A stretch of 64,000 nt of DNA from an uncultured Solirubrobacterales bacterium (GCA_963818675.1 CAWFTE010000002.1:1518361-1582360); one strand, 5' to 3'. Positions 17,593-27,000 are shown, counted from the first letter of the stretch. Made by a program: numbers and translations. Notes: a model not told the origin generated them from the sequence alone.

Positions 17593-18816
17593 CTAGCCGG
17601 CGGGAGCGCCGGGAACCGGCTTGTACTCGATTAGTTTGACGGCGCGCCCGGCGTGGAAGTGGCGGTTGCCAGGCATCGTGACCGAGTTCACACGCACCCG
17701 CACCGTGACGCTACCGGCGCGCTCGAGCGCTGCGCGGACCCGCGCAGCGAGCGCCACGCTCACCAGCGCCTCGCGGCCGCCCGTGACGTTGTAGGAGTGC
17801 GCGCCAAGCGCTCGCGAGGAGCCGCCGGGACCGGTGACCGACACGGTCCCGGCGCAGCGGGCGTCGCGGCGCGGGCAGCGGATCTCGATCACCCCGACCA
17901 CGGGGGAGGAGTCGGTGGCCGGCTTCGGGAGCGTGACCTCGGGCGGCTGGGCGGTCTGCGGCGGCACGATGATGTACGGCGCGTACGGCCCGCCGGGAGA
18001 GTCCAGGATGTCGATTGGACGGACATGGTCCGGCCACTTGCCGTCCGGGAAGTCGAAGCTGAAACCATCGCGGGTGTCGAGCAACGAGACCGTGACCTGC
18101 GAGAAGATCGTCATCGCACCGGTCTCGATGACCGAGTTGCCGCAGTCGGCGCCGTTGAACTGGCCAAGCTCAGGTGGCAGGTCGTAAGTGGTCGTGACTG
18201 TGCCGAAGCCCATGTACCCCTCGCCGAGGAACACCGCGCCGTCGCGCATGTAATCGGTCTTCGGCTCGAACGCGGTCGTGACCGCGGGCGTGAACTTGGC
18301 GGCCGTGGAGAGCGCGGGCGGTGAGGCGCAGATCGTGTCGCAACTGTTGAAGTCGCATGCGAGCGCATCGCCTTCTCCGCCTCGCTGGCCGTTGCAGGTC
18401 GATACCGCGCCCGGGATCCTGATCCCGTATATGACGTCCGCGAAGTTCTCGCTCGCGTAGATCGGGGCCGAAGCGAGGGCGCCGGCGTCGTAAGTGCAGT
18501 GCGTGGTGCCGGGCGCTGCGCCGAGCCGCCCGTCCGAGGTCGTGTCGAGCGTGCCGACGACCTGGAGGTGCCCCGGCAGGGCCACCAGGCTGCCGTTCTC
18601 ATGGTCGGTCGCGCCCTGCGCATGCCACGTCCAGCTAAACGCCTGATCGACCGTTCCCGAGGGCGTCCCGTGGTACGACTCCGTGTTCTTGAAGTTGTAG
18701 ACGCCCGAGTAGTCGATCGTGAGTGTGATCGCACCGCCCGCGAGCGCGGTCCCCGTGAGAGCGGTGCCGAGCGCCACGAAAATGACGGCAGCGACCCCGA
18801 TGAAACGCGCGCCCAC
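17593..18816 (-). CDS. Secreted hypothetical protein with a C-terminal Cys-bracketed beta module
   Basis: GTG 18816 gives the signal peptide VGARFIGVAAVIFVALGTALTGTALA. The longer ORF up to 19029 is Arg-rich and looks spurious. I recognise no family. Confidence 0.55.
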   Translation of the reverse strand: MGARFIGVAAVIFVALGTALTGTALAGGAITLTIDYSGVYNFKNTESYHGTPSGTVDQAFSWTWHAQGATDHENGSLVALPGHLQVVGTLDTTSDGRLGAAPGTTHCTYDAGALASAPIYASENFADVIYGIRIPGAVSTCNGQRGGEGDALACDFNSCDTICASPPALSTAAKFTPAVTTAFEPKTDYMRDGAVFLGEGYMGFGTVTTTYDLPPELGQFNGADCGNSVIETGAMTIFSQVTVSLLDTRDGFSFDFPDGKWPDHVRPIDILDSPGGPYAPYIIVPPQTAQPPEVTLPKPATDSSPVVGVIEIRCPRRDARCAGTVSVTGPGGSSRALGAHSYNVTGGREALVSVALAARVRAALERAGSVTVRVRVNSVTMPGNRHFHAGRAVKLIEYKPVPGAPAG

Positions 18817-19127
18817 GCTCACCAGCGTACCCAACCCAACCCTCGATATCAACGATGCCGTCCGGCGACCGCCGCCTACGAACCACCCGCGACGCACGCC
18901 TCGCGCGCACCGACCTCGGCGTACGACCGTAGCGGCGCGCCGCCGATCATGAACTCTCGAGCAGCGCAGCGTACACGGGACCCACTGACCACCGTCAAGT
19001 CGCGGCCGCGTGACCGTCTCGCGGACCATCCATCACGGAACTGGCGTGACGCGCGTCCGCCGTTCGACCGGAGGTGGACACCGCCGGTCTCAAACGACAG
19101 ATCGATGATTCTCGCCAGGAAGCCGGG

Positions 19128-19925
19128 CTATCCGAACACGACGACATGCCGTTCCGGGCGCACCGTCTGATCGCTCCCATCGGCTGACGTTCCAGCGTGC
19201 GCCGCGTCGACCGGACAGTTCTGCTTCGCCTTGGCGAACCAGGCGTCTGATGCACGAGTGCAGCAGAGGACGAGCAGGAACCACGGACCTCGCTGCTCCT
19301 TCCAAGCGGAGCGGTAGCGCTCCGAGCCTCTCGCGCGGCGGCGCATCGGTGCGAGGCGGCAGGGTGTCGCGATCGGCTGCGGGAGCCCATCCGTGTGCTC
19401 CCGCAGGTCGCCTACAAGGCCAGGCCGGCGCTGACGCACTCCGGCGTCAATCGCCGTGCGGTGCAGCTCAAGCCGGGGGGCGCTGGCCGACCATGCATGG
19501 CCGCGAGTGGGTCCGACGATCACGCAGAACAGCGGCCCGACGGGGAGTCTCGCGCGCTCGGTCAGCCAAGCCTGCAGCGCCGACCAACCCCACGGGTCGA
19601 TCCCGACCTCGCGCCGCCGATCGTTCTTTCCGTGCCTGACCAGAATTGACCCGCGGCGCTCGTCGAGGTCGGTTTCGGTCAGCGAAAGCGCCTCGTTGAT
19701 CCGCAGCCCGGCGCGCCAGAGCACGACGATCAGGCCGTTGAGGCGGTGGCCGTAGCGAGCCTGTTGAGCTTGACGCATGACCGCGACGAGCTTCTCGACC
19801 GTCGGAGGGTCAGCGGGGTATCGCTGACCTTTGTTGCGCGGTGCTTTGCCCGTGCGGAACCCCGGCATTGCCGCGGGCGAGCGGCGCCGGCCGGCGGCAT
19901 CGATGAGCGGCTGAACAGAAGACAT
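19128..19925 (-). pseudogene. Tyrosine recombinase/integrase whose 5' two-thirds are conserved and whose C-terminus is degenerate
   Basis: The first ~175 aa match the family (NKGQRYPADPPTVEKLVAVM, LWRAGLRINEALSL, ILVRHGKNDRRREVGID, PVGPLFCVIVGPTRGH). After AGVRQRR the expected FAPHQLRHAHA...LGH...Y region is missing, and only a degenerate GDLREHT remains. Confidence 0.6.
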
Positions 19926-20219
19926 GACTCCCTCCTTTTGAGAGCAGAACGGATTGACCGTCGAGCTCTAGCGCCAGCCGAGCCCGCCGCACCGCCAAGG
20001 CGTCTTCAGGGCTGTCCAGAGGAGTCGAAGAAGCTGACGCGAGGCAGGCGCCGCTCCGTTCCCAAGCCGCGCCCAGCGGGCGCGAGGTCGGTTGTAGACG
20101 GACGCCGGTCGCGACCCGACAGGGGGTTCGTGGCTCGGTGGTCGGATCTCAGGGAAGTCGTGTCGCGGACGCGCTCCGGCCATCGACCGGCTCGCTCGTC
20201 GGCGAGGAGCGAGACTCCG

Positions 20220-20245
20220 GCGCCTAGCTTAGCTAAGCTAGGCGC
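20220..20245. repeat. Perfect 26-bp palindrome gcgcctagcttagctaagctaggcgc
   Basis: Verified base by base. AT-rich core with two CTAG tetramers. It lies about 295 bp upstream of the integrase remnant and about 380 bp upstream of the second giant gene. Confidence 0.9.
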
Positions 20246-20627
20246 TCGCCACCTCACCTGAAGCAAAGGCGCTGGCGTGACCGGCTCGCTTGCTCATTCA
20301 CGGAAAATGGAGGAGCCTTGCTCGACCGGACGGCCTGGCTCGTGCTGCTGCTTCGGACGACCGATGAAGAATGAAGGGGGCGGCGGCCGGCCGCGACGCT
20401 TAGATCGACCCGATTGCGCAAGCTGCGGTGCGAGCTGTTTGGCGTTGCGGCGCCGGCGCTCCCATAGGCATGGTGGCCGGCTCGCCAAAATGCTCGCCCG
20501 GGAGGAACTCCCGGGGGCGAGCCCTGGGCCGCTCGCGTGATGCAGGTTGACCGGGGGGTGGCGGTCGAGTACGGTGGCGACCGGGCATTGCGTCGGCCAG
20601 TTGGCCGGCGCCGGGAAAGGAGTGCGC

Positions 20628-23600
20628 GTGGCTAGATTGCTGCGGTTTGGGGTCGTGTCTGGCGTCGGAGGCTCGGCGCTGCGAGCGCTGGTTCTGGGGA
20701 TCGTTTCAGCGTTGGTCGTGGTGCCGTCGGCGTGGGCGGGGTCGTGGCAGGCGATCGTCACCGATGCTTCTGGTTCGGACAGCTCAGCCACGGCGATCGA
20801 TTTGGGGACGAACATGTCGGGGTCACCGTTCGCGACCGGTGGGTTGGCGGGTTTGGGTGTGGCGATCTCTCCGGATGCGAGCAAGGCGTACGTGGTCAAC
20901 GCAAGTTCGCATTCGGTGACGCCGGTCGACCTCGGCACCTCCCCGGTGGCCGAGGCGCCGATCGACTTGGGTGCTGGCCACAACGGCGTCAATTTCATCG
21001 CTATCTCGCCGAACGGGCTCAAGGCCTACGTCACTGATGCCGCTCACAACCAAGTGCTGCCGCTTGATCTGACCACAAGCCCTGCCACGGTTGGTACGCC
21101 GATCGACGTGGGGGCCAACCCTGAGGGCGTTGCGTTCTCTCCCGACGGTTCAATGGCCTATGTGGCCGACAACGCGAACGGCAGCGGTACGCCCGGCGTG
21201 ACGCCGATCACGGTCGCCACGAACACTGCAGGCACCGAGATCACCACTGGCCTGGGACCGCACCCGTTTTCCATCGCGATCACCCCTGATGGCACCCAGG
21301 CCTATGTCGGAGACGCCGGCTCGGGCAGCAACGGCAAGGTCTACCCGATCGCGCTTCCGTCGGGCTCGGTCGGCCCGCCGATCACGATCGGAGGAAGCGA
21401 CGTTGGGATCGCGATCACGCCCGATGGCAGCAAGGCCTACGTGGCCAACGGGAGTACGGTCACGCCGATCACACTGCAGGGCAACACGCCAGATGCGGCA
21501 ATCCCGGTGACCGGTGGAGCGTTTGGGATCGTGGCTGCCCCGGACTCGAAGACCGTCTACGTGACCGACGACACCGCCGGCAAGGTAACCCCGATCGACG
21601 TCGCCAGCAACACGGCCGGGACGCCGATCATGGTCAGTGGCGTGCCGCGCGGCGTCGCGATCACTCCCGATCAGGCTCCGGTGGCGAACTTCACGGTTAC
21701 GAGCGCACCGGCCGGATCGGCGACTTCGTTTGACGCATCCTCCTCGACGGTGCGCTTCGGGACGATCGCCAGGTACGACTGGAACTTCGGCGATGGGCAG
21801 CTGGCTGCGAACGCCGGTCCCACCCCGTCGCACGTGTACGCGGCCGCGGGAAGCTACACCGCGACGGTGACCGAGACCGACAGCAACGGCACCTCGACGA
21901 CCGGGGAGATCTACACCGGCCAAACCGCTAGCAGCGTCGGCAGCCAGAGCGCGCAGACGAGCCGCTCGGTGATCGTTTCCGCGGGCGGACCCGTGGTCGG
22001 AGTCAGCGCCTCCCATCTAACCTTTGGCCCGACCGCCGTGGGCGTGCCGAGCGCCACGCAGACATTGACGATCACCAACACCGGTAACGCGCCATTGGTG
22101 ATTTCGGGCTCCGCGATTTTCGGTCCCCAGGCCGGCGACTTCAGGCTCACCGCCGACAACTGCAGCGGCCACACCGTCGCGGCGGGCGCCAGCTGCACCA
22201 CGAGTGTCGTGTACACCCCGAGCGCCGGAGGCGCCGGCAACGCCCAGCTCGCGTTTACCGACAACGCTTCCGGCAGCCCGCACACCGTGTTCTTGAGCGG
22301 CAGCGGGACAACAACGGGCACCGTGAGCGGGCGTGTCCTGGATGGCACCCGGACCAGTGCGCCGCCGGTGGACGGCGCCTCTGTACAGATCTGCCCGCAG
22401 GGTCAGCTCGGGGTTGCCGCCTGCCAGTACACGACCACTGGGGCGTCGGGCGCCTATGGCTTCGGCGGGCTGCGGCCGGGCGCATGGGCGATGGAGATCA
22501 CGCCTCCGACGCAGGCTCTGTTCGGAGCCTCTGCGGTGCTGAGCGTCTTGCCGGGCACCCAGACTCAGGACTTCACCCTGAGGGCGCCCGTGCCGCTGCC
22601 GGCGCAGGTCACGGTCAACAGTGCTGCCGGCCTGTTCTCGGGCGGTATACCGATCATTTATTGGAACGGGCCGTTCTCGATCTCCCATCCACTCGACGTG
22701 CCCTCCTCCGGGACTCCTGGCAGCGCGCTGACGATGGTGGTGGAGGACGGGATCTACCTCGCCGGGGGCGGGCTTGGCGCCCAGACTGGCCTGACAGCCA
22801 CTTTTCGCTACGACGCCAGCGGACACCCCTCGTTGACCTCAGTAGCGCCGGTGACGACACCGCTCGGATCGAACCCAGCCCTGAGTCCTCCGGCGGCGGC
22901 GAGCGCGGCCGACTCGCCGCAGAGCCATGGCCATGGCGGTCCCCTGGCCAGGCCCGCAGGGTCAGGTCTGAACCAATTCAACGTCGCTGATGTTCTCAGC
23001 CAAGTGGCAGGGGGTTCGAGCTCCCCTACGGTCATCACCACCGGGAACATCAATCAGGCGGCGCACGGCGATGTCACGCTTTCCCACCTCCAATACGCCC
23101 AGCCGACTGGGTACATGAAAGATCCCAACAACACATCGCTTCTGATCCCGATTTGCCCGAAGGGCTTTCACGTCGCTGTGGTCGACATCACTCTCGTTCC
23201 CAACGGTCGTCCGATCCCGCAACGCGAGTGCGTGCCCGACCCCGACCCCAACCAACCCCAGAACAGCAACGCCAAGATCGATCCCAGCGGCCTCGTCACC
23301 ACGAGCCGCGGAGTGCCGCTGGCCGGCGTCCGGGTGACCCTGCAGCGATCGTTGGTCCGGCCCGGTCCATTCACCGCTCCGCCGCGGGGTAGCACGGTAA
23401 TGGCGCCCTCTGTCAACCGGGAGCTGACCAACGCCGAAGGCCACTACGGCTGGGATGTGATTCCCGGCTACTACCGCGTGATCGCTGCTCGCCCAGGATG
23501 CACGGCGAGCTCCAGACACGGGAAGCGTGCGAAGCAGCTGATCAGCCGCATCGTGACGATTCCACCCGCGGTGACCAACCTCAATCTCGTGCTTTCATGC

Positions 23601-23879
23601 CCGCACCTACGGCGCTCGGCGTCCCGGACCATCCTGCGCGCTCACGCGCTGAGAGGGGTGGCTGGCCATCTTTTCACCGTGACAGTGACGGTCCGGGCAC
23701 GGTACGGTCGCGCCCGCCGCGGCACAATCGTCGGTGTCGTGACACTACGGGCAGCCGGGCGTACCGTGGCGACGCTGCCACTCGATCCGCGTAGCGGCAG
23801 CGTCACGACTACGCTGAGAAACATCAGTCCCGGACGCCTGCGAGCTGCATATTCGGGTGACGCCTTCTACACCAGCTAG
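20628..23879 (+). CDS. Giant secreted multidomain protein: YVTN-type beta-propeller repeats, PKD domain, choice-of-anchor-D-like, CarboxypepD_reg-like, and a C-terminal ~650 aa paralogous to 10028-13981
   Basis: GTG 20628 with an AAGGAG RBS gives the signal peptide VARLLRFGVV...VVVPSAWA. Repeats KAYV(T/A)(D/N)...VTPIDL. PKD motif YDWNFGDG. The tail ...DPSGLVTTSRGVPLAGVRVTLQRS...GWDVIPGYYRVIAARPGC matches that of the first giant protein. Confidence 0.85.
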   Translation: MARLLRFGVVSGVGGSALRALVLGIVSALVVVPSAWAGSWQAIVTDASGSDSSATAIDLGTNMSGSPFATGGLAGLGVAISPDASKAYVVNASSHSVTPVDLGTSPVAEAPIDLGAGHNGVNFIAISPNGLKAYVTDAAHNQVLPLDLTTSPATVGTPIDVGANPEGVAFSPDGSMAYVADNANGSGTPGVTPITVATNTAGTEITTGLGPHPFSIAITPDGTQAYVGDAGSGSNGKVYPIALPSGSVGPPITIGGSDVGIAITPDGSKAYVANGSTVTPITLQGNTPDAAIPVTGGAFGIVAAPDSKTVYVTDDTAGKVTPIDVASNTAGTPIMVSGVPRGVAITPDQAPVANFTVTSAPAGSATSFDASSSTVRFGTIARYDWNFGDGQLAANAGPTPSHVYAAAGSYTATVTETDSNGTSTTGEIYTGQTASSVGSQSAQTSRSVIVSAGGPVVGVSASHLTFGPTAVGVPSATQTLTITNTGNAPLVISGSAIFGPQAGDFRLTADNCSGHTVAAGASCTTSVVYTPSAGGAGNAQLAFTDNASGSPHTVFLSGSGTTTGTVSGRVLDGTRTSAPPVDGASVQICPQGQLGVAACQYTTTGASGAYGFGGLRPGAWAMEITPPTQALFGASAVLSVLPGTQTQDFTLRAPVPLPAQVTVNSAAGLFSGGIPIIYWNGPFSISHPLDVPSSGTPGSALTMVVEDGIYLAGGGLGAQTGLTATFRYDASGHPSLTSVAPVTTPLGSNPALSPPAAASAADSPQSHGHGGPLARPAGSGLNQFNVADVLSQVAGGSSSPTVITTGNINQAAHGDVTLSHLQYAQPTGYMKDPNNTSLLIPICPKGFHVAVVDITLVPNGRPIPQRECVPDPDPNQPQNSNAKIDPSGLVTTSRGVPLAGVRVTLQRSLVRPGPFTAPPRGSTVMAPSVNRELTNAEGHYGWDVIPGYYRVIAARPGCTASSRHGKRAKQLISRIVTIPPAVTNLNLVLSCPHLRRSASRTILRAHALRGVAGHLFTVTVTVRARYGRARRGTIVGVVTLRAAGRTVATLPLDPRSGSVTTTLRNISPGRLRAAYSGDAFYTS

Positions 23880-23942
23880 CCTGGTCGGGCTAGCTCACGT
23901 CAAGCCACTAACTACTCCCGCCGAAGAGTGGGGGGCGTCAAC

Positions 23943-23969
23943 GACCACCAAGTGCACGCCGTGGTGGTC
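23943..23969 (+). terminator. Hairpin GACCACCA-11 nt-TGGTGGTC in the low-GC convergent spacer
   Basis: An 8-bp perfect stem 64 nt after the stop at 23879. No U-tract. Confidence 0.25.
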
Positions 23970-24171
23970 AGCCAAGACCTCCCTGGCCACCCTCGGCAAC
24001 ACGAATCTGGACTGTCTAGAGCACTCACCTTCAAGTGATCAGAACTCACAAGGAGCCCACTGACCGCCGACCCATGATCGGGCACTCCGGTTCGCTAGAC
24101 GGCTCGAAGCCGCTCGTCCCGGTCGTCTACCGATCGAAGTGCCTGCAAAATGCGACTGATTGCACGCAGGT

Positions 24172-25956
24172 TCAACCGCTCACGCTTGCGCAGCGAGCTG
24201 GCGGAAGCTTCGGACGGCGCCTGAACATCGAAGTGGTGAACAGCGGTATCCCCACGAGCTTTCCTCCGACGCGCCACTCTGCGCCGTAGTCGCCCGGGCC
24301 GGCGTTGAGGCGGCATTCGGCCGTTCCCAGCTCCACCCCGTTGCCGGCTCGCGCGAACGGCCCGCTGGCGCACCCCGCGAGCTTGTAGACGAAGCACAAC
24401 GAATACCGCCTCGCCGACCCGTGGCGCGCGATCGCGTAGACGAAGACGCCGACCCGCGGGTCCCCGTATACGGCGAGGCAGTAGCGTGCCGCGGCCAGCG
24501 ACGGCTGACAGTAGCTGCGCTCGTTATTTCCAGCCGAGAGAGGGGCTCGAAAGAAGTTCGTGCTGGCGACCGCATGGCCAGAGAAGACCTGGGTGACGCT
24601 TCCGCCGCACGTATCGGAGATCGACACTTGGCCGGATCCGAGAACGGAAGCTCTGGTGTTCAGGGATACCGACTGGAATAACGAGCTATTGGTGAATAGG
24701 TCAAGCTGGCGCACGAACGACGGTGGCTGACTGGACTGACAGGCGGAGAAGTCACCGCCCAGGAGCTCGAGCGAAACCGCTCCGGGAGATCGCGAGCTTT
24801 GCACGACGCGAAACTCGCCGAAGCTGACGGCGGCGATCTGGCCAATGTTCGTGCCGTTGGTCGCGCCGATCTCAGCCGAGCCATCTGTGGCGTCGATGAT
24901 CGAGCCGACCGGCACTTCCTCCATGTCCGTGATCCGCTGCGGGGGGCTTCCGCTCACGTTCAGGTAGACCGAGCCGCTGAGCGGCGAGACGCCGACCTCC
25001 TTGCCCGCCACACCGAACGGGAGCGCGTGGCACACGCCCGCGCTCGCGGGTCGAGCGACCGTGGCGGTGAAGGTGAGAGGAGCGAGGAATTCGCGTCCTG
25101 CGACAAACCAGCGCGCGACGTAGGTACCCGGACCCTCATCCTGGAAGCAGTCAACGATGCTGACCGGTATCGGCTGCGGAACCGTTTGAAAGGTGCGGCA
25201 CCGGTTGGTCCCACTCGGGGCTTTGATGCACAACTGGTAGGTCGCGGTGCTCGATCGTTCGAAGATGCCGAACGCGAACTTGCCAATCGACGGTGAGCTC
25301 AGGATGGTCACGCATTGCCGTTTCTCCGCTCCTGCTGCCGCGAGACAACTTCCCGCAAACTCCGTACCAGACGTGAGCGGAGTCGGCTGTGGCCCCGCGT
25401 TCGTGGCCACGGACAGGCGGCCCTGGTGGTCCGATACCTGGGTTTGCTCGCAGTAGTCTGTCGTCGTCCAGTCGGCCCGACCGGCAGTGGTCGCACTCGC
25501 AAATCGTCCGGCGGTGGCGAAGTAACCATCGAAGGCGGCACGTATCCGGAACCTTCGCGACCGCCTGATCCTTGCCGTCACCGCCCGGCCGCAGCCGGGT
25601 AATGGCGCGAGCCGGAGCTGCGTCAGCCCGCCGTTCGCGCGGTTCTGCATGATCCGCACCGGCCCCCCGGTGAATTCGGCGCTGTGCGTCGAGCGGCCTG
25701 TGCCGGCGGCGGTCAGCGCCACCTGTCCCTTCGTCGCGTCGACAACGGTCCCAACCGGAACCTGGGCGGGGCCGCTCAACGCGGTCACGCCGCGCCCAGG
25801 CTCCCGGACGGACACGTGACCGGCGACTGGCTGCAGGTCGACCGTCCTTCCGAGCACGGGTGCCGGAGGCGTTGCCGCCTGCACGGCCGCTGGCGCCGCC
25901 AGCCATGCGCCCAGGACAAGGCAAGCCAGGCGCCAGCAGCGGGCTCGCGTCAGCAC
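24172..25956 (-). CDS. Secreted 594-aa protein with an internally duplicated architecture (FecR-like beta module plus Cys-containing ...GPG.Y...W.V.G... module, twice); last gene of the TIR-SIR2/STAND operon
   Basis: GTG 25956 overlaps the upstream stop (GTGCTGA) and gives the signal peptide VLTRARCWRLACLVLGAWLAAPAAVQA. It is a paralog of 32772-34562 (shared PPAPVLGR.VDL...QVPVGT..D...G). The listed longer ORF to 26355 is an artefact. Confidence 0.75.
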   Translation of the reverse strand: MLTRARCWRLACLVLGAWLAAPAAVQAATPPAPVLGRTVDLQPVAGHVSVREPGRGVTALSGPAQVPVGTVVDATKGQVALTAAGTGRSTHSAEFTGGPVRIMQNRANGGLTQLRLAPLPGCGRAVTARIRRSRRFRIRAAFDGYFATAGRFASATTAGRADWTTTDYCEQTQVSDHQGRLSVATNAGPQPTPLTSGTEFAGSCLAAAGAEKRQCVTILSSPSIGKFAFGIFERSSTATYQLCIKAPSGTNRCRTFQTVPQPIPVSIVDCFQDEGPGTYVARWFVAGREFLAPLTFTATVARPASAGVCHALPFGVAGKEVGVSPLSGSVYLNVSGSPPQRITDMEEVPVGSIIDATDGSAEIGATNGTNIGQIAAVSFGEFRVVQSSRSPGAVSLELLGGDFSACQSSQPPSFVRQLDLFTNSSLFQSVSLNTRASVLGSGQVSISDTCGGSVTQVFSGHAVASTNFFRAPLSAGNNERSYCQPSLAAARYCLAVYGDPRVGVFVYAIARHGSARRYSLCFVYKLAGCASGPFARAGNGVELGTAECRLNAGPGDYGAEWRVGGKLVGIPLFTTSMFRRRPKLPPARCASVSG

Positions 25957-26435
25957 CTGCGTCCGCGATGCTTCTTGCAGAACTTGTACCGGTAGCGCCC
26001 TTGCCGTGCTACTAGGGCGAAGTGTTGCGGAGCGCTCGATGTTGTGACATTTCCCGCGCCTTGCACGTGGGCGCGCATGATTACGCCGGTGGACCGAGGT
26101 GACAGCTCGTACCCGATCACCGCGCGGCCGTGCTTGGGAGCGCCCTTGCCGACATCGAGCCAGCGGTGAATGCCGGTGCGAATCTGAAGCTGGACTGCAA
26201 GCCTGGGATCGGTGACCGGATCGCCCGCAAAGTCCTTTACCGAAACCGCGATCCAACCGGAAAGCTGGATCGTGCCCACGTTCGGCAGGCGCAGGCGAAC
26301 CACACGCGGCCGGGAGGTGGCGCCCGCGATTGGGCCGGTGAGACTCAGCGAGCACAGGCCAACGAGGACGGCGGCAGCGATCCAGGTGGGTGCGCGAGGT
26401 GCGGGTGGGATCTTCACGAGCCCCACCCCGGGCAT
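25950..26435 (-). CDS. Small secreted Ig-like protein, copy 1 (161 aa), with a C-terminal CKKHRGRRC tail
   Basis: MPGVGLVKI... with an N-terminal signal/anchor helix. Paralog of 26515-27000. Its start overlaps the upstream relay ORF stop by 22 nt. Confidence 0.65.
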   Translation of the reverse strand: MPGVGLVKIPPAPRAPTWIAAAVLVGLCSLSLTGPIAGATSRPRVVRLRLPNVGTIQLSGWIAVSVKDFAGDPVTDPRLAVQLQIRTGIHRWLDVGKGAPKHGRAVIGYELSPRSTGVIMRAHVQGAGNVTTSSAPQHFALVARQGRYRYKFCKKHRGRRC

Positions 26436-26521
26436 GCCTCCTGGTAGGGCTGGCCGGCGAGGAACTGCCTCCAGGCCGCTCTGGAAAGCCTCGTGCGTAC
26501 GATCCAGGCCACGGTCAGCAC
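26414..26521 (-). other. 35-codon relay ORF at the tandem-duplication junction (start of the 594-aa gene fused to a copy of the WD40 gene's last ~30 codons)
   Basis: It reads VLTVAWIVRTRLSRAAWRQFLAGQPYQEACPGWGS*, compared with the WD40 tail IVRTNLSRATWRQFLAGQAYHETCPGWGS*. Its GTG overlaps the stop of copy 2 (GTGCTGA), and its stop lies 22 nt inside copy 1. Confidence 0.4.
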
Positions 26522-27000
26522 CGGCGTCCGCGATGCCTCAAGCATCCACGGCCACGGCCTTTGGGTTGATGCCGTGACAGGGTGACATCCTCCGGAGTGC
26601 TTGATGTCGTGACATATCCAGCGCTTTGCACACGCGCGCGGATGGTCACATCGCCGGATTGGCGCTTCAGCGCATAAGGGACGAGCGCGTAGCCCTTCTT
26701 TGGACCGGCCTCGCCGATGTTCATCCACCGGCCTCGTCCGGTGCGAACCTGAAGGTCCACGGCGAGCCCGGGGTCGGTCACCGGCTTCCCAGCCGCGTCC
26801 TTCACTGTTACCGCGATCCGTCCACGGGGCAAGATGAAGTCCAACCGCGGCAAGCGCAGGCGCACCACGCGCCGCTGTGGCGCGGCACCCGCGCTTGCGC
26901 CGCTGAGGCCCAGCGCCCACAGGCTGATGAGCGCCGCGGCAACCATCCACGGGAGTGCGCGGCGGGTGCGTGAGAGCTTCACGAGCCCCACCCCGGGCAT
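26515..27000 (-). CDS. Small secreted Ig-like protein, copy 2 (161 aa), with a C-terminal CLRHRGRRC tail
   Basis: The internal ATG 27000 gives MPGVGLVKL... with signal peptide ...LWALGLSGASAGA. Its start overlaps the WD40 gene stop (26979) by 22 nt. Confidence 0.65.
   Translation of the reverse strand: MPGVGLVKLSRTRRALPWMVAAALISLWALGLSGASAGAAPQRRVVRLRLPRLDFILPRGRIAVTVKDAAGKPVTDPGLAVDLQVRTGRGRWMNIGEAGPKKGYALVPYALKRQSGDVTIRARVQSAGYVTTSSTPEDVTLSRHQPKGRGRGCLRHRGRRC

Noticed and set aside
14043-19925. Intact prophage or integrative element
   Set aside because: Only integrase fragments and frameshifted transposase pieces are present. There are no capsid, terminase, replication or conjugation genes, so I call it a decayed scar rather than an active element.
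19926-20627. ORFs 19746-20261 (+), 20006-20266 (-) and 20277-20540 (+) in the integrase-upstream spacer
   Set aside because: No RBS, Arg/Cys-rich noise-like translations and mutually overlapping frames. I treat the region as non-coding, and it contains the 26-bp palindrome and a small hairpin at 20497-20515.
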